In this document: positions 8,791 to 17,158 of the stretch, piece after piece
Numbering within the stretch: position 1 is the first letter of the stretch
Layout of the letters: each line of letters opens with the position of its first letter
Virus record (IMG/VR): IMGVR_UViG_3300037448_000016
Coordinates: 13,935-77,934 of that record
Reading direction: 5' to 3' (one strand)
Length of the DNA stretch: 64,000 nt
From: a virus
Taxonomy: Duplodnaviria > Caudoviricetes
Made by a program: the position numbers and the translations under genes
Notes under the pieces: model-generated
What the model was told of the DNA's origin: nothing
Database searches by the model: none
What the model saw: only the letters and a program-made list of their open reading frames with translations

Positions 8791-9744
8791 CTAGTGCTTC
8801 ACTGAGACGTGGACGTGGTTGACGTGGTCGAGCGTGTCGCTGTGCCCACCGGAAGGGTGGGCGTAAGGGCGCCATTGCCCGGTCTCGCTGGTGAAGATCC
8901 GCTTGTTGAAGATGACGTAGTGCCCACCGACCTGGGCCAGGTTCGCGGCCCAGTAGTCCGCTATCTCCTGTCCGAGGTCGTGCTTGTCGGCGGATCGGTA
9001 GTCGCTGCCCAGCATGATGTCCACGGCGTTTCCGGTCGCGTGGTCGGACAGCGTGCCGGTGCCAGCGATCGTGCGGTAGGCGTACCCACCGATCGAGGAG
9101 ATGCACGGCGGCGGGTTCGTGGCGCAGCCCCAGTCTTTCAGCGTCAGGGCTTTGATGTTCTCCGCGCGGGGGCGTAAGCCGTCGCCCCCTTGCGGTCCAC
9201 TCCCCGGATCGGACAGCGCTCCGTCCGCCACGGCGTTGCAGTCCAGACCGAGCCCGTCGACCGCCTCCTGAGCCGCCCCGATGAACTGCCGGTACGATCC
9301 TGACCAGAACGTGACCCAGGGAGAGAAACCATGCGCATCGGTCCATATCTGGAAGGCCACCGAGGCATTGAAGGCTGGATCGTGCCAGTCGCCGTGCGCC
9401 AGAAGGGCCGCGTGTACCGAGTTGATCTGCCACAGGCCGTAATCCGTGGACCCGTTGGTGTTCAGATTCGTGATATTTGCGTTCCATCCGGACTCCGCGT
9501 GCGCAATGGCCACAGCAGTGACCAGGTTGTCTCCGCGAAATCCAGCGGCCAGCGCGGCTTTCGCTACGGCAGCACCATCGCTGGCCGCGTGCCCCGTGAT
9601 GGAGCACGCCTGGCTGGCCGGACCGCCGCCGAGAGCCAGCGATGGAACCGGCGGAGCGCCGCCGCCCGGCAGGCCCGTGAACAGGACCGCCAGGACGGCA
9701 AGGGCCGCCGCACCGGCCAGCGCTAGGCGCTTCAATCCGCCCAC
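8791..9744 (-). CDS. VirB1/TcpG-like cell-wall hydrolase: lytic transglycosylase plus C-terminal M15-like Zn-peptidase domain
   Basis: N-terminal TM/signal; AVAIAHAESG...DYGLWQIN (SLT); SDHATGNAVD...HVNHVHVS. Confidence 0.8.
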   Translation of the reverse strand: MGGLKRLALAGAAALAVLAVLFTGLPGGGAPPVPSLALGGGPASQACSITGHAASDGAAVAKAALAAGFRGDNLVTAVAIAHAESGWNANITNLNTNGSTDYGLWQINSVHAALLAHGDWHDPAFNASVAFQIWTDAHGFSPWVTFWSGSYRQFIGAAQEAVDGLGLDCNAVADGALSDPGSGPQGGDGLRPRAENIKALTLKDWGCATNPPPCISSIGGYAYRTIAGTGTLSDHATGNAVDIMLGSDYRSADKHDLGQEIADYWAANLAQVGGHYVIFNKRIFTSETGQWRPYAHPSGGHSDTLDHVNHVHVSVKH

Positions 9745-10208
9745 GTCAGGCCGGTGCAGAGCCAGTCGCCGGAGACGACGTCCATCGTGACGAGCAGCGC
9801 GCCCCGGTTGGTGGGTACGCTGATCTCCTGCTCGGTCGGGCCGTCTTTCGACACGGTGGCCGAGCCGGTGATCACGGCATCCTTGGGCGCCTCGTTCGTC
9901 GTCAGGTCTTCCAGCACCGGCGGGGAGTACAGGTCGTCGTTCATCACGCCCCGGAACCAGCCGTCAACGGCGCTGATGGCGTCAGGGACGGCCGATCCGT
10001 GGGCGGGCCAGGTGAACGGGTCGGTGCCGGACGGCGATGGCGTCTGCGGGGTGTAGACGGGCGGCCGGGGCCCGGCCGTCGTGGTCGGGCTCGCTTCGGT
10101 CTTCGGGCCGGGCAGGTGGCTGACCGACCGGGCGATGTTGAACCCGGCCAGCACAGCGATCACGGTGAGCAGGGCGGCGATGGTGATTCTCTGGCGGTTG
10201 TTGTTCAT
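9732..10208 (-). CDS. Bitopic conjugation protein, VirB8/TcpC-like (inferred)
   Basis: One N-terminal TM, P/T linker, C-terminal VPTNRGALLVTM...GDW beta-rich domain; operon position. Confidence 0.5.
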   Translation of the reverse strand: MNNNRQRITIAALLTVIAVLAGFNIARSVSHLPGPKTEASPTTTAGPRPPVYTPQTPSPSGTDPFTWPAHGSAVPDAISAVDGWFRGVMNDDLYSPPVLEDLTTNEAPKDAVITGSATVSKDGPTEQEISVPTNRGALLVTMDVVSGDWLCTGLTWAD

Positions 10209-12082
10209 GGCGTGCCTTCCGGGTCGCTGGTGCTGGTGTCGAACATCTGACGGTGCCTGTTCTGCGCGGCTTTACGCGCTTCCTCCCGGTCCTGCTCGGC
10301 GGCCATCCGGGCGTATTCCTCACGGACCACGTCCAGCGGCCGGGTGTAGAACTCGGTCTGCGTGTTGGCCGGTGGCGGTACCGGGTCCGGAACGAACTCC
10401 TCACCGGCCTGGGACGGCCGGTACAGCACCGCGCCGGGCGCCTCCGAGCCCTCGTCGTCGCTGGGCTCGGAGGCGGGTGCGGCCTGAGCCGAGGTGAGGT
10501 AAGACGTGACGTGGGCGTGGGCGTCACGGACCCGCTCCATCCGCTCCTCGTGCTCCTCCTCGCTCTCCCGCGCCCCGGCGGCGGCGCCCTTGCTGACGGC
10601 CCAGGCCATGGCGCCGATGCCGGTGACCTTGCCGACCACGTGCCGGACCAGCCTGCCGTGCCCGCGTATGCGACCGGCGCTCATCAGCGCGAGCGCTTTC
10701 CGGTCGGGCCGCAGCGCCGTCCAGAAAATGAAGACACCCAGGCCCATCAGCAGGAAAGACACCCACGTCGGCCAGCCCGGCTGCATCACGGCCTCGGTGT
10801 AGACGGTATAGAGCCAGGTCCCGATCGCTGCGGTCACCACGATGCCGAGCGCCTGCGACGTGGTGTCGAGCAGCCCCTTGCCCGTCCGGTGCCCCTGCGG
10901 AGTGACCAGCCACGGCGAGGCGAGCAGCCAGACGATCCCGAGGATGGCCAGCAGCAGGATGCACATGATCATCAGGAGGTTGGCGAAGATCCGGAAGAAC
11001 GCCACCGTCAGCGCGAACGCCATCTCGTACAGCGCCGGGCCCGACCCGGCGGCCTGCTCACCGGTCAGCCACCGGTACGCCGCCGGGTCGGAATCTTTCA
11101 CCTCACCAGCGATCTTCTTAAACGCATCCGACTTCTCTTTCAGCAGCGCCTGGCGATCCTTGATCCGTTCCTCGCGATCGGCCTTGTCCTTGGCGAGCGC
11201 CGGGTCGGTGGCCTGGGCTTGGGCCCAGGTGATCCGGGTGGCGGCCAGCAGCGCCGGGCCGTACGTGCGGGCGGTGTCAGACTCGTCGGTGCCGAACGTC
11301 CGCCGCAGCCAGCCGTCGTAGTGGATGGCCTCCATCGCCCGGTCGGTCGCGGCCTGGGCCGGGGAGGCGCCTTCGTACAGCGACGAGGTCACCGCACCGA
11401 CTCCGGCCTGCGTGCTGGTCGCCACCTTCGTCGGGGCCATGATGACGAAACCACCGATCAGCAGGACGATCATGACCCAGGTGATCTGGCTCATCACACC
11501 CGCCGTGTCGCCGCGCTTGGCGCGCCGGAACAGCATGACGGTGCAGAACAGCAGCCCCAGACCCAGGAACGGCAGCAGGATCCGCTTGGAGATCACCGTG
11601 ATGGCCTTGTTCGCCAGCGTGCCGAGCAGTTTCGTCACCCAGGACGGATCGAACGCGAACCGGCTGGTGGCGTCCGCCGCCGCCGTGGAGGCTTGCCCGA
11701 TGCCGACCAGTTTCCTGGCCAGCGACTCGTCACCCCAGGCGTTCAGGTGCTTGCCCCAGTTCGTCACGTTGATCGAGCAGCCCAGGTCGTAGGTGAACGG
11801 CGACATTCCGGAGAAGCCGCTGGTCTCGTACAGGTGCGCGGGGTCGACCGGCTTCTCCCCGACGTCCGGCGGGTCACTGGGCCGGTCGGCGAACAGGCCG
11901 GGCACGCCGACGCTGGGCAACTGCGGTACGGGCGCGGACGGCTGGCAGACCCCCGGCAGGGCCTTCTCCACGGCGAGGGGCTCCGCCGCCTGGGCCCGGG
12001 AGCCGAGCGCGATGCTGAGCAGTACCGCGAGCAGCAGCACGCCGGAAGCGATCCGGCCGATGGTGGACTTCAGGATCCTCAT
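10205..12082 (-). CDS. Polytopic membrane protein, VirB6/TrbL/TcpH-like
   Basis: Signal peptide, several TM segments, acidic/Pro C-tail; ATGA overlap with VirB4. Confidence 0.7.
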   Translation of the reverse strand: MRILKSTIGRIASGVLLLAVLLSIALGSRAQAAEPLAVEKALPGVCQPSAPVPQLPSVGVPGLFADRPSDPPDVGEKPVDPAHLYETSGFSGMSPFTYDLGCSINVTNWGKHLNAWGDESLARKLVGIGQASTAAADATSRFAFDPSWVTKLLGTLANKAITVISKRILLPFLGLGLLFCTVMLFRRAKRGDTAGVMSQITWVMIVLLIGGFVIMAPTKVATSTQAGVGAVTSSLYEGASPAQAATDRAMEAIHYDGWLRRTFGTDESDTARTYGPALLAATRITWAQAQATDPALAKDKADREERIKDRQALLKEKSDAFKKIAGEVKDSDPAAYRWLTGEQAAGSGPALYEMAFALTVAFFRIFANLLMIMCILLLAILGIVWLLASPWLVTPQGHRTGKGLLDTTSQALGIVVTAAIGTWLYTVYTEAVMQPGWPTWVSFLLMGLGVFIFWTALRPDRKALALMSAGRIRGHGRLVRHVVGKVTGIGAMAWAVSKGAAAGARESEEEHEERMERVRDAHAHVTSYLTSAQAAPASEPSDDEGSEAPGAVLYRPSQAGEEFVPDPVPPPANTQTEFYTRPLDVVREEYARMAAEQDREEARKAAQNRHRQMFDTSTSDPEGTP

Positions 12083-14667
12083 ACCAGTTCCCCTTCGCGG
12101 TAGGCCCATCCTTCGGCACCGGCCGGGGTGGGGTTGGTCAGGACGACGTTACGCAGCGCCTGGTGATAGTCGACGTCGACTTTCAGGCCGCCGACTCGCC
12201 CGTCCGCGTCCAGGTGGACGAACTCGCCGGGGCGTCGGGTCGAAAGTTCCATCAGCACACGGGCATACGACTTGTCCTCGATGTGGAGGATCGACAGCAT
12301 CGCCTCGGCTGGTTCCGGGTTGGCCATCCGGCCGACGAACGCACCGGCCAGGAAGTTGCGCAGTTCGCCACCCATCATCTCGTCGGTGACGTTTTTCAGC
12401 CCGAGGTACACCGCGATGTTCCACTTGGAGTGGTCACGGCCCAGACGGTTCAGTTGCCCGCGCCCCGTTCCAGTGTCGAGCAGGTCCTCGGCTTCGTCGA
12501 AAATGCCGATGGCCCGTTCGTGGCGCGGCTTGCTGAACAGCAGCCGGTCCGTGTAGAGCGACGTCAAAAGGAGGATCGGGTCGGCGGCGTGCTCCGTCGC
12601 CGTCCAGTCGACCCGGTCCGAGGAGTCCGGCGCCCGGCGGATCCCGGGGGTCGAGATCACGGTCAGACCGGAGTATGACGCCGGAGAAAAGTCGTCGGTC
12701 GACTTCTCCGGGGGGAACAGCAGGCGGAACAGCGGCATGTCGGCAGCGTCCCGCAGCGCGGCCGAGACCTGGTCGGCGTGCTCGTCGCCCAGGGTCTCCA
12801 GCCCGTTGATCAGGTCCCACATCGTCGCGTACTGCGTCCAGCGGGTCAGGCCAGCCGCCCGGCGCAGCGCCCCGAAGGTGGCGGGGTGCCCGTACAGGTC
12901 GGGGGTCAGGCACCGCCGGGCCACATCGATCGTCAGGGCCCGGCGCTGGGCCAGCGCCTCGTCCTCCGACGTCGCCGAATCCGAGTCGTAGCGGATCAGG
13001 CTCGGCGGGTTCAAGATGCCGCGCTCGCCTTCGAGCAGGTTCAGCGAGCGGCTGATCCCCCGCAGTTCCGGCATCTGGCACAAGGCCATCATCGGGCCGG
13101 ACGGGTCACGGGCGACCACCCGGCCACCGCGCCGGGCGCCGTGGTAGGCGATCGACTCCAGCAGCACCGACTTGCCGCCGCCGAGGGTGGACACGACCGC
13201 CCACATGTTCTGCGAGCGGCCCAGTTCTCCCCGGCCTTCGGTGGCGTACCACGGGTCGTGCATGACCGGGCGCCGGGCGGCCCCAAGCGTGAAGCCGATG
13301 TACGGGCCCCGGCCGTCCCCGATGGCGCTGGACACGTTCGGCATCCCGGCGGCCAGGTAGGACAGCCGGACCTGACGCTGGTAGCCGCTGGTGTCGTAGG
13401 ACTCGCCGGGGACCGTTTCCCGCAGTCGCATCGCCTGGCCGTGCGCGGCGGTGAAATCCATCCGCATCGCGCCGGAGCCGTACAGCCGCCGGAAGGCGTC
13501 GGCCCGCTCCTCACAGGACTGCTCGGCCGACTTGACCACCCGCCCGTCCCGCTCGCGCGTCTCCTCACCGACGATGATCGCGTTGATCGTCCCGACGAAC
13601 CGGGCCGCGTACCGGGGCTGGCCGGTGGTGACCTGGTCGCGGATCTCCTTGGCCAGCGAGATACCCCGCTCGGTGTACTCGGGCGGCAGTTCGTCGAACA
13701 GCCGGTAGGTGTCGTTGATGTTGATGGCCTTGTTCAGGTCGAGGGTGGCCTGCTTCGCCAGTTCCTCGCCGGAGCGGATCCGGCCCTGCAACGACCACTC
13801 CACGGCGATGGGGGAGCCGTCCGAGTCGACCAGACGCTCGGCGAACGCCTGCCACGGCTCCAGCCCGTTCTCCGGGTAGTGCAGGTCGGCCAGCCGCGCG
13901 GCGGTCAGCACCTGCACGTGCCGGGTCTGCTGCACGCCGTCACGCCATGCCGTGACCTCGACCGTGCGGTCGAAGCGTGACTCGGCCCACCGCACGTCGT
14001 TGGACAACTCGGGAAGGTCACGCACGTCCCAGCCGGTCTCGGCTGCACGCATGGGGGCGGGCATTCCGGGGGCCAGCGAGCGCTCGTGGATCCAGCCCTG
14101 CTCGCGCTCGGTCATGCGTACGGCACGCCACCCGGTCACGGCGTCATGCACACGCTTCTCCTCCGCCAGAAGCGTGCCGACCTCCGCCGACACGGGCGTG
14201 CCCGTGCGTGCGTGCGTGAGGATCTCGCCCCGCACGTCACGGCCGGGCTCCACCGTGCCGACCGTGAACCAGCGGAAGACGATCTTGTCTTCCATGCCGG
14301 ACGCCCCGATCCGCCGCTGCATCCGCACCAGGTAGTCGTCCCAGGTCTCCCCGTCCACATCCGGTACGGGAGCCGGGGTGCGCCGGTCCAGGTCGGCGGC
14401 CCAGGCCGCAACGGGGTGCGGGCGGTTCGTGACGCGCTCCCTGAAGTCCCGGCCCGCCAGTTCGGCCCAGACGTCGGCCGACGCCTCAATGAGCCCGCTA
14501 CGGGCCTCCAGAGGCATGAAGTCCCAGCGGGACGCCCCGATCCGGTACCCGGCCCAGACCCGGCCGTCGCTGGCCACCACCAGATTGGAGACGATCTGCC
14601 GGACACCCGGGGCGATCTGAGCGTGCATCGGAGCCGAAAGGTCGGCTTTCGCCTTACGCCAGATCAT
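12079..14667 (-). CDS. virB4: VirB4/TcpF-like T4SS ATPase
   Basis: About 862 aa; Walker A STLGGGKS, VVARDPSG, Walker B IGIFDEAEDLL, RDHSKWNIAVYL, GEFVHLDADGRVG. Confidence 0.88.
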   Translation of the reverse strand: MIWRKAKADLSAPMHAQIAPGVRQIVSNLVVASDGRVWAGYRIGASRWDFMPLEARSGLIEASADVWAELAGRDFRERVTNRPHPVAAWAADLDRRTPAPVPDVDGETWDDYLVRMQRRIGASGMEDKIVFRWFTVGTVEPGRDVRGEILTHARTGTPVSAEVGTLLAEEKRVHDAVTGWRAVRMTEREQGWIHERSLAPGMPAPMRAAETGWDVRDLPELSNDVRWAESRFDRTVEVTAWRDGVQQTRHVQVLTAARLADLHYPENGLEPWQAFAERLVDSDGSPIAVEWSLQGRIRSGEELAKQATLDLNKAININDTYRLFDELPPEYTERGISLAKEIRDQVTTGQPRYAARFVGTINAIIVGEETRERDGRVVKSAEQSCEERADAFRRLYGSGAMRMDFTAAHGQAMRLRETVPGESYDTSGYQRQVRLSYLAAGMPNVSSAIGDGRGPYIGFTLGAARRPVMHDPWYATEGRGELGRSQNMWAVVSTLGGGKSVLLESIAYHGARRGGRVVARDPSGPMMALCQMPELRGISRSLNLLEGERGILNPPSLIRYDSDSATSEDEALAQRRALTIDVARRCLTPDLYGHPATFGALRRAAGLTRWTQYATMWDLINGLETLGDEHADQVSAALRDAADMPLFRLLFPPEKSTDDFSPASYSGLTVISTPGIRRAPDSSDRVDWTATEHAADPILLLTSLYTDRLLFSKPRHERAIGIFDEAEDLLDTGTGRGQLNRLGRDHSKWNIAVYLGLKNVTDEMMGGELRNFLAGAFVGRMANPEPAEAMLSILHIEDKSYARVLMELSTRRPGEFVHLDADGRVGGLKVDVDYHQALRNVVLTNPTPAGAEGWAYREGELV

Positions 14668-15631
14668 CGATCTCCCCCTGCCGGACAGCGGCCTCTTCGG
14701 CAACGGACACCATGGCTTCGTACGCCTGACCGAACTCCGAGCGCTGCACGCAGAACACGCTCCCGGTCTCGGTGTTGAACACGACGACCGTGCCGTCTTC
14801 GAGCGGCACGCCGTTGGCCGTGACCGCTGCACGCACGAGCACCTCCGTGCCCGTGCCGTCCGCGTGCAGCACGCGCTTCATCTGCACGCGCGTGACCTGC
14901 ACGCTGGCCCCCCGGTCACGCAACCACACCAGCACGTGCTGGCCGAGGCGCTCGTCGCGTGCAGTGGAGTCGAACAGCATCGCCTCCACCACGGGCCTGC
15001 GTTCCCTGTACTTGATCACCATGATGTCCTCCGGGTCGTAGTCGTTCAGGCTGGCCATGAAGTCGAGCAGGACCTGGTCGGCCTGCTCCGTGTCGAGAAC
15101 GAGGGGAAGGACCTCCACGGCGAGGGGGGTCCGCAGCGGGGCGACACCGCGCCACTGCTCCGGCAGCGTGCGCAGCCAGAAGGTCACCGGCCGGTTCCCG
15201 TCGATGAACGGGCGGGCCTGGCGCACCAGCAGGAACGCGACCAGCACGGCCAGCGGCCCGGCGGCCCAGAACGGCGACGGGAAGATCCACTTCGCCGGAT
15301 TCGGGACGATCACGAGGCCGAACAGCACCGCCACCCCAGCGATGACCACCTGGCCCCGCCTGCGGGCCGCTGCGGGCCTGGAGAAGGTCAGGCGGGCCAA
15401 GTGGTCCAGGGCCATCCCGTTGGCCGCCCAGCGGCCGAACAGGGCCGCGCTGAGGCCGACGATGCCGCCTACCGGGACCACCAGCCACAGCAGGGCGAAC
15501 AGCACCGGCACCGACAGCAGGCCGATCGCCCACTCGGTGTACGTCGCGTCGAACGGCCAGCGCCACGCACCGGTCGGCCCCAGCCACGGCGAGCGCAGAT
15601 TGCGCGAGGCGTCCTCGCTGCGCTGGATCAC
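14654..15631 (-). CDS. TcpE/VirB3-like conjugation membrane protein with C-terminal extension
   Basis: N-terminal WLGPTGAWRWPF, four TM segments, PFIDGNRP; directly upstream of virB4. Confidence 0.6.
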   Translation of the reverse strand: MIQRSEDASRNLRSPWLGPTGAWRWPFDATYTEWAIGLLSVPVLFALLWLVVPVGGIVGLSAALFGRWAANGMALDHLARLTFSRPAAARRRGQVVIAGVAVLFGLVIVPNPAKWIFPSPFWAAGPLAVLVAFLLVRQARPFIDGNRPVTFWLRTLPEQWRGVAPLRTPLAVEVLPLVLDTEQADQVLLDFMASLNDYDPEDIMVIKYRERRPVVEAMLFDSTARDERLGQHVLVWLRDRGASVQVTRVQMKRVLHADGTGTEVLVRAAVTANGVPLEDGTVVVFNTETGSVFCVQRSEFGQAYEAMVSVAEEAAVRQGEIDDLA

Positions 15632-15723
15632 CGCCACAACCACCGATCGAACGCCTCCACCGCGACGAGCCCGGCCAGCACGGCACCGGCCAGCACCCCC
15701 GCCACGAACAGCACGGGCCTCAC
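15628..15723 (-). CDS. 31-aa single-TM peptide
   Basis: GTGA overlaps at both ends; MRPVLFVAGVLAGAVLAGLVAVEAFDRWLWR. Confidence 0.55.
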   Translation of the reverse strand: MRPVLFVAGVLAGAVLAGLVAVEAFDRWLWR

Positions 15724-16118
15724 TCCGGCTGCCCGTCGCGCGACGGCTCCGGGCCGAACCCGGCCGACGTGAGCACCTGCTGGAAGGCGTCGAGCGCTGA
15801 ACCGCTCGTGAGCGGCCGGTTGAGCGCTGGCGCCCCGATCCGGGCGAATCGGATCTCCAGGTTCATGAGCCCGTGGCTGACGAGGTGGTCGACCTCCACG
15901 TTGGACAGCGTCCACACCGTGGCGATCGGCTCGGCGAAGAAATGCGCCTTCAGCGCGTCCGCGATCCCGTCCGGCAGGACGCTGGCCGGGACACGCCTGG
16001 GGAGGGACGGCCGGTCTCGTTCCGGGCCGCCCTCGCTGAACGTCAGGGTGACGTCGTCGATGTAGTTGCCTTCCACCTCCCGGCGGAAGTGGCTGAGGTG
16101 GTACTTCAGGTCGCTCAC
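15720..16118 (-). CDS. Hypothetical soluble protein in the T4SS operon
   Basis: 132-aa ORF with GTGA coupling. Confidence 0.6.
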   Translation of the reverse strand: MSDLKYHLSHFRREVEGNYIDDVTLTFSEGGPERDRPSLPRRVPASVLPDGIADALKAHFFAEPIATVWTLSNVEVDHLVSHGLMNLEIRFARIGAPALNRPLTSGSALDAFQQVLTSAGFGPEPSRDGQPE

Positions 16119-16414
16119 TTGCTCAGGAAGGGGACGGACCAGCCGAGGAACGCGGCGGCGAAGGCCAGGCCGGTACCGGCGATCCCGATCGCGCCGGGGA
16201 TGAGCGCGAGCAGGGTGGCGCCGACGATGTCGAAGATCTTGCGGGTGTTGCCCTTGCGGGCGTGCCCGGCGAGCGCTGCGAGCGTGATCCAGATCAGAAC
16301 GAGGCTGATCCCGAGCAGCAGCAGCGCGCGGGCCTTGTTCAGAGTGCTGTTCGGCGTGAAATCGCCGGTGGCGGCCAACTCGGTGGCGGCCTGGAGAGCC
16401 TGCACGTGGGTCAT
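16115..16414 (-). CDS. Small two-TM protein, VirB2/TcpD pilin-like (inferred)
   Basis: 99 aa; two hydrophobic helices around a basic loop HARKGNTRK; first gene of the operon; GAGGGG RBS. Confidence 0.55.
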   Translation of the reverse strand: MTHVQALQAATELAATGDFTPNSTLNKARALLLLGISLVLIWITLAALAGHARKGNTRKIFDIVGATLLALIPGAIGIAGTGLAFAAAFLGWSVPFLSK

Positions 16415-16440
16415 GGCTTAACCCCTCTCGCTAGTGGGCT

Positions 16441-16475
16441 ATCAACATAACACGTGTAGTCAGGCCGTTGTCAAC
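16441..16475 (-). promoter_or_regulatory. Promoter/operator of the T4SS operon (repeated family)
   Basis: GTTGACAACGGCCTGAC...TATGTT. Confidence 0.7.
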
Positions 16476-16513
16476 CCGCCGTACGCGGTGCGTAACCGTC
16501 ACAGGGCGCGGAA

Positions 16514-16720
16514 CCAGGGATTTTTTGGCAGGGACAGGGAAATTCAAAACACAGGCTCTATGGGCACATAGGAGCAAATAGTTTCTGGAGTCCCTAGAGA
16601 CCCTCTGAGCACGAAAAAAATCCCTGGCAGGGAGAAAACTTCCCTAGCCGGACGGCGCCAGCGGCGCACCCGCTACGCCGCGGAGGCAGTCCGCTACCCA
16701 CTGCGACGGCAGGGAGAAAT
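16514..16720. repeat. AT-rich AGGGA/TCCCT A-tract boxes, site 1
   Basis: CCAGGGATTTTTT (16514) and AAAAAATCCCTGG (16615) form an inverted pair; AGGGAGAAAACTTCCCT at 16629. Confidence 0.75.
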
Positions 16721-16721
16721 G

Positions 16722-16759
16722 CGAAAGGGGCCAGGATCGAAAAATCCCTGGCCCCTTCG
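16722..16759 (-). terminator. Hairpin after the holin gene
   Basis: GAAAGGGGCCAGG...CCTGGCCCCTTCG stem. Confidence 0.65.
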
Positions 16760-16769
16760 TCACGCTCGG

Positions 16770-17135
16770 TTACCGGGTTGCGGTGTGCCCGAGCACCCGA
16801 ACGCCGTAGTGGTCAGCCACGTTGGCCACGGTGCCGACCTGGATGGCGCCGACGAACGCGATCAGGATGGCCGCCCGCTCCGCAGGGGAGATCACGCCGT
16901 CCGTCCAGGCGTCCACTACGGCCAGCACGACCGCCGTGAAGATGGCGATGGCCTCCTTGGCGTTGGGCTGGGTGACGGTGTTGGCCTTGAAGTACACCGC
17001 CAGCGCGCCCAGGAACGTCACCACGGCGCCGATGACCACCGGCCGGGTAAAGTCCCCGGCGATGAGCGCGGCGGCCCCAGTGGAGCCCAGGACGGCGATG
17101 AGCGCGTACTGAATTGCTTTCGCTGCGTAATCCAT
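16770..17135 (-). CDS. Holin (multi-TM)
   Basis: 121 aa, four hydrophobic segments, directly after the endolysin. Confidence 0.7.
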   Translation of the reverse strand: MDYAAKAIQYALIAVLGSTGAAALIAGDFTRPVVIGAVVTFLGALAVYFKANTVTQPNAKEAIAIFTAVVLAVVDAWTDGVISPAERAAILIAFVGAIQVGTVANVADHYGVRVLGHTATR

Positions 17136-17158
17136 TGCTTACTCCTACGTCGCCCGGC

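Noticed and set aside
10253-13980. Long plus-strand ORFs (616 and 400 aa) over the T4SS genes
   Set aside because: Antisense shadows with Arg/Gly/Pro-rich junk composition
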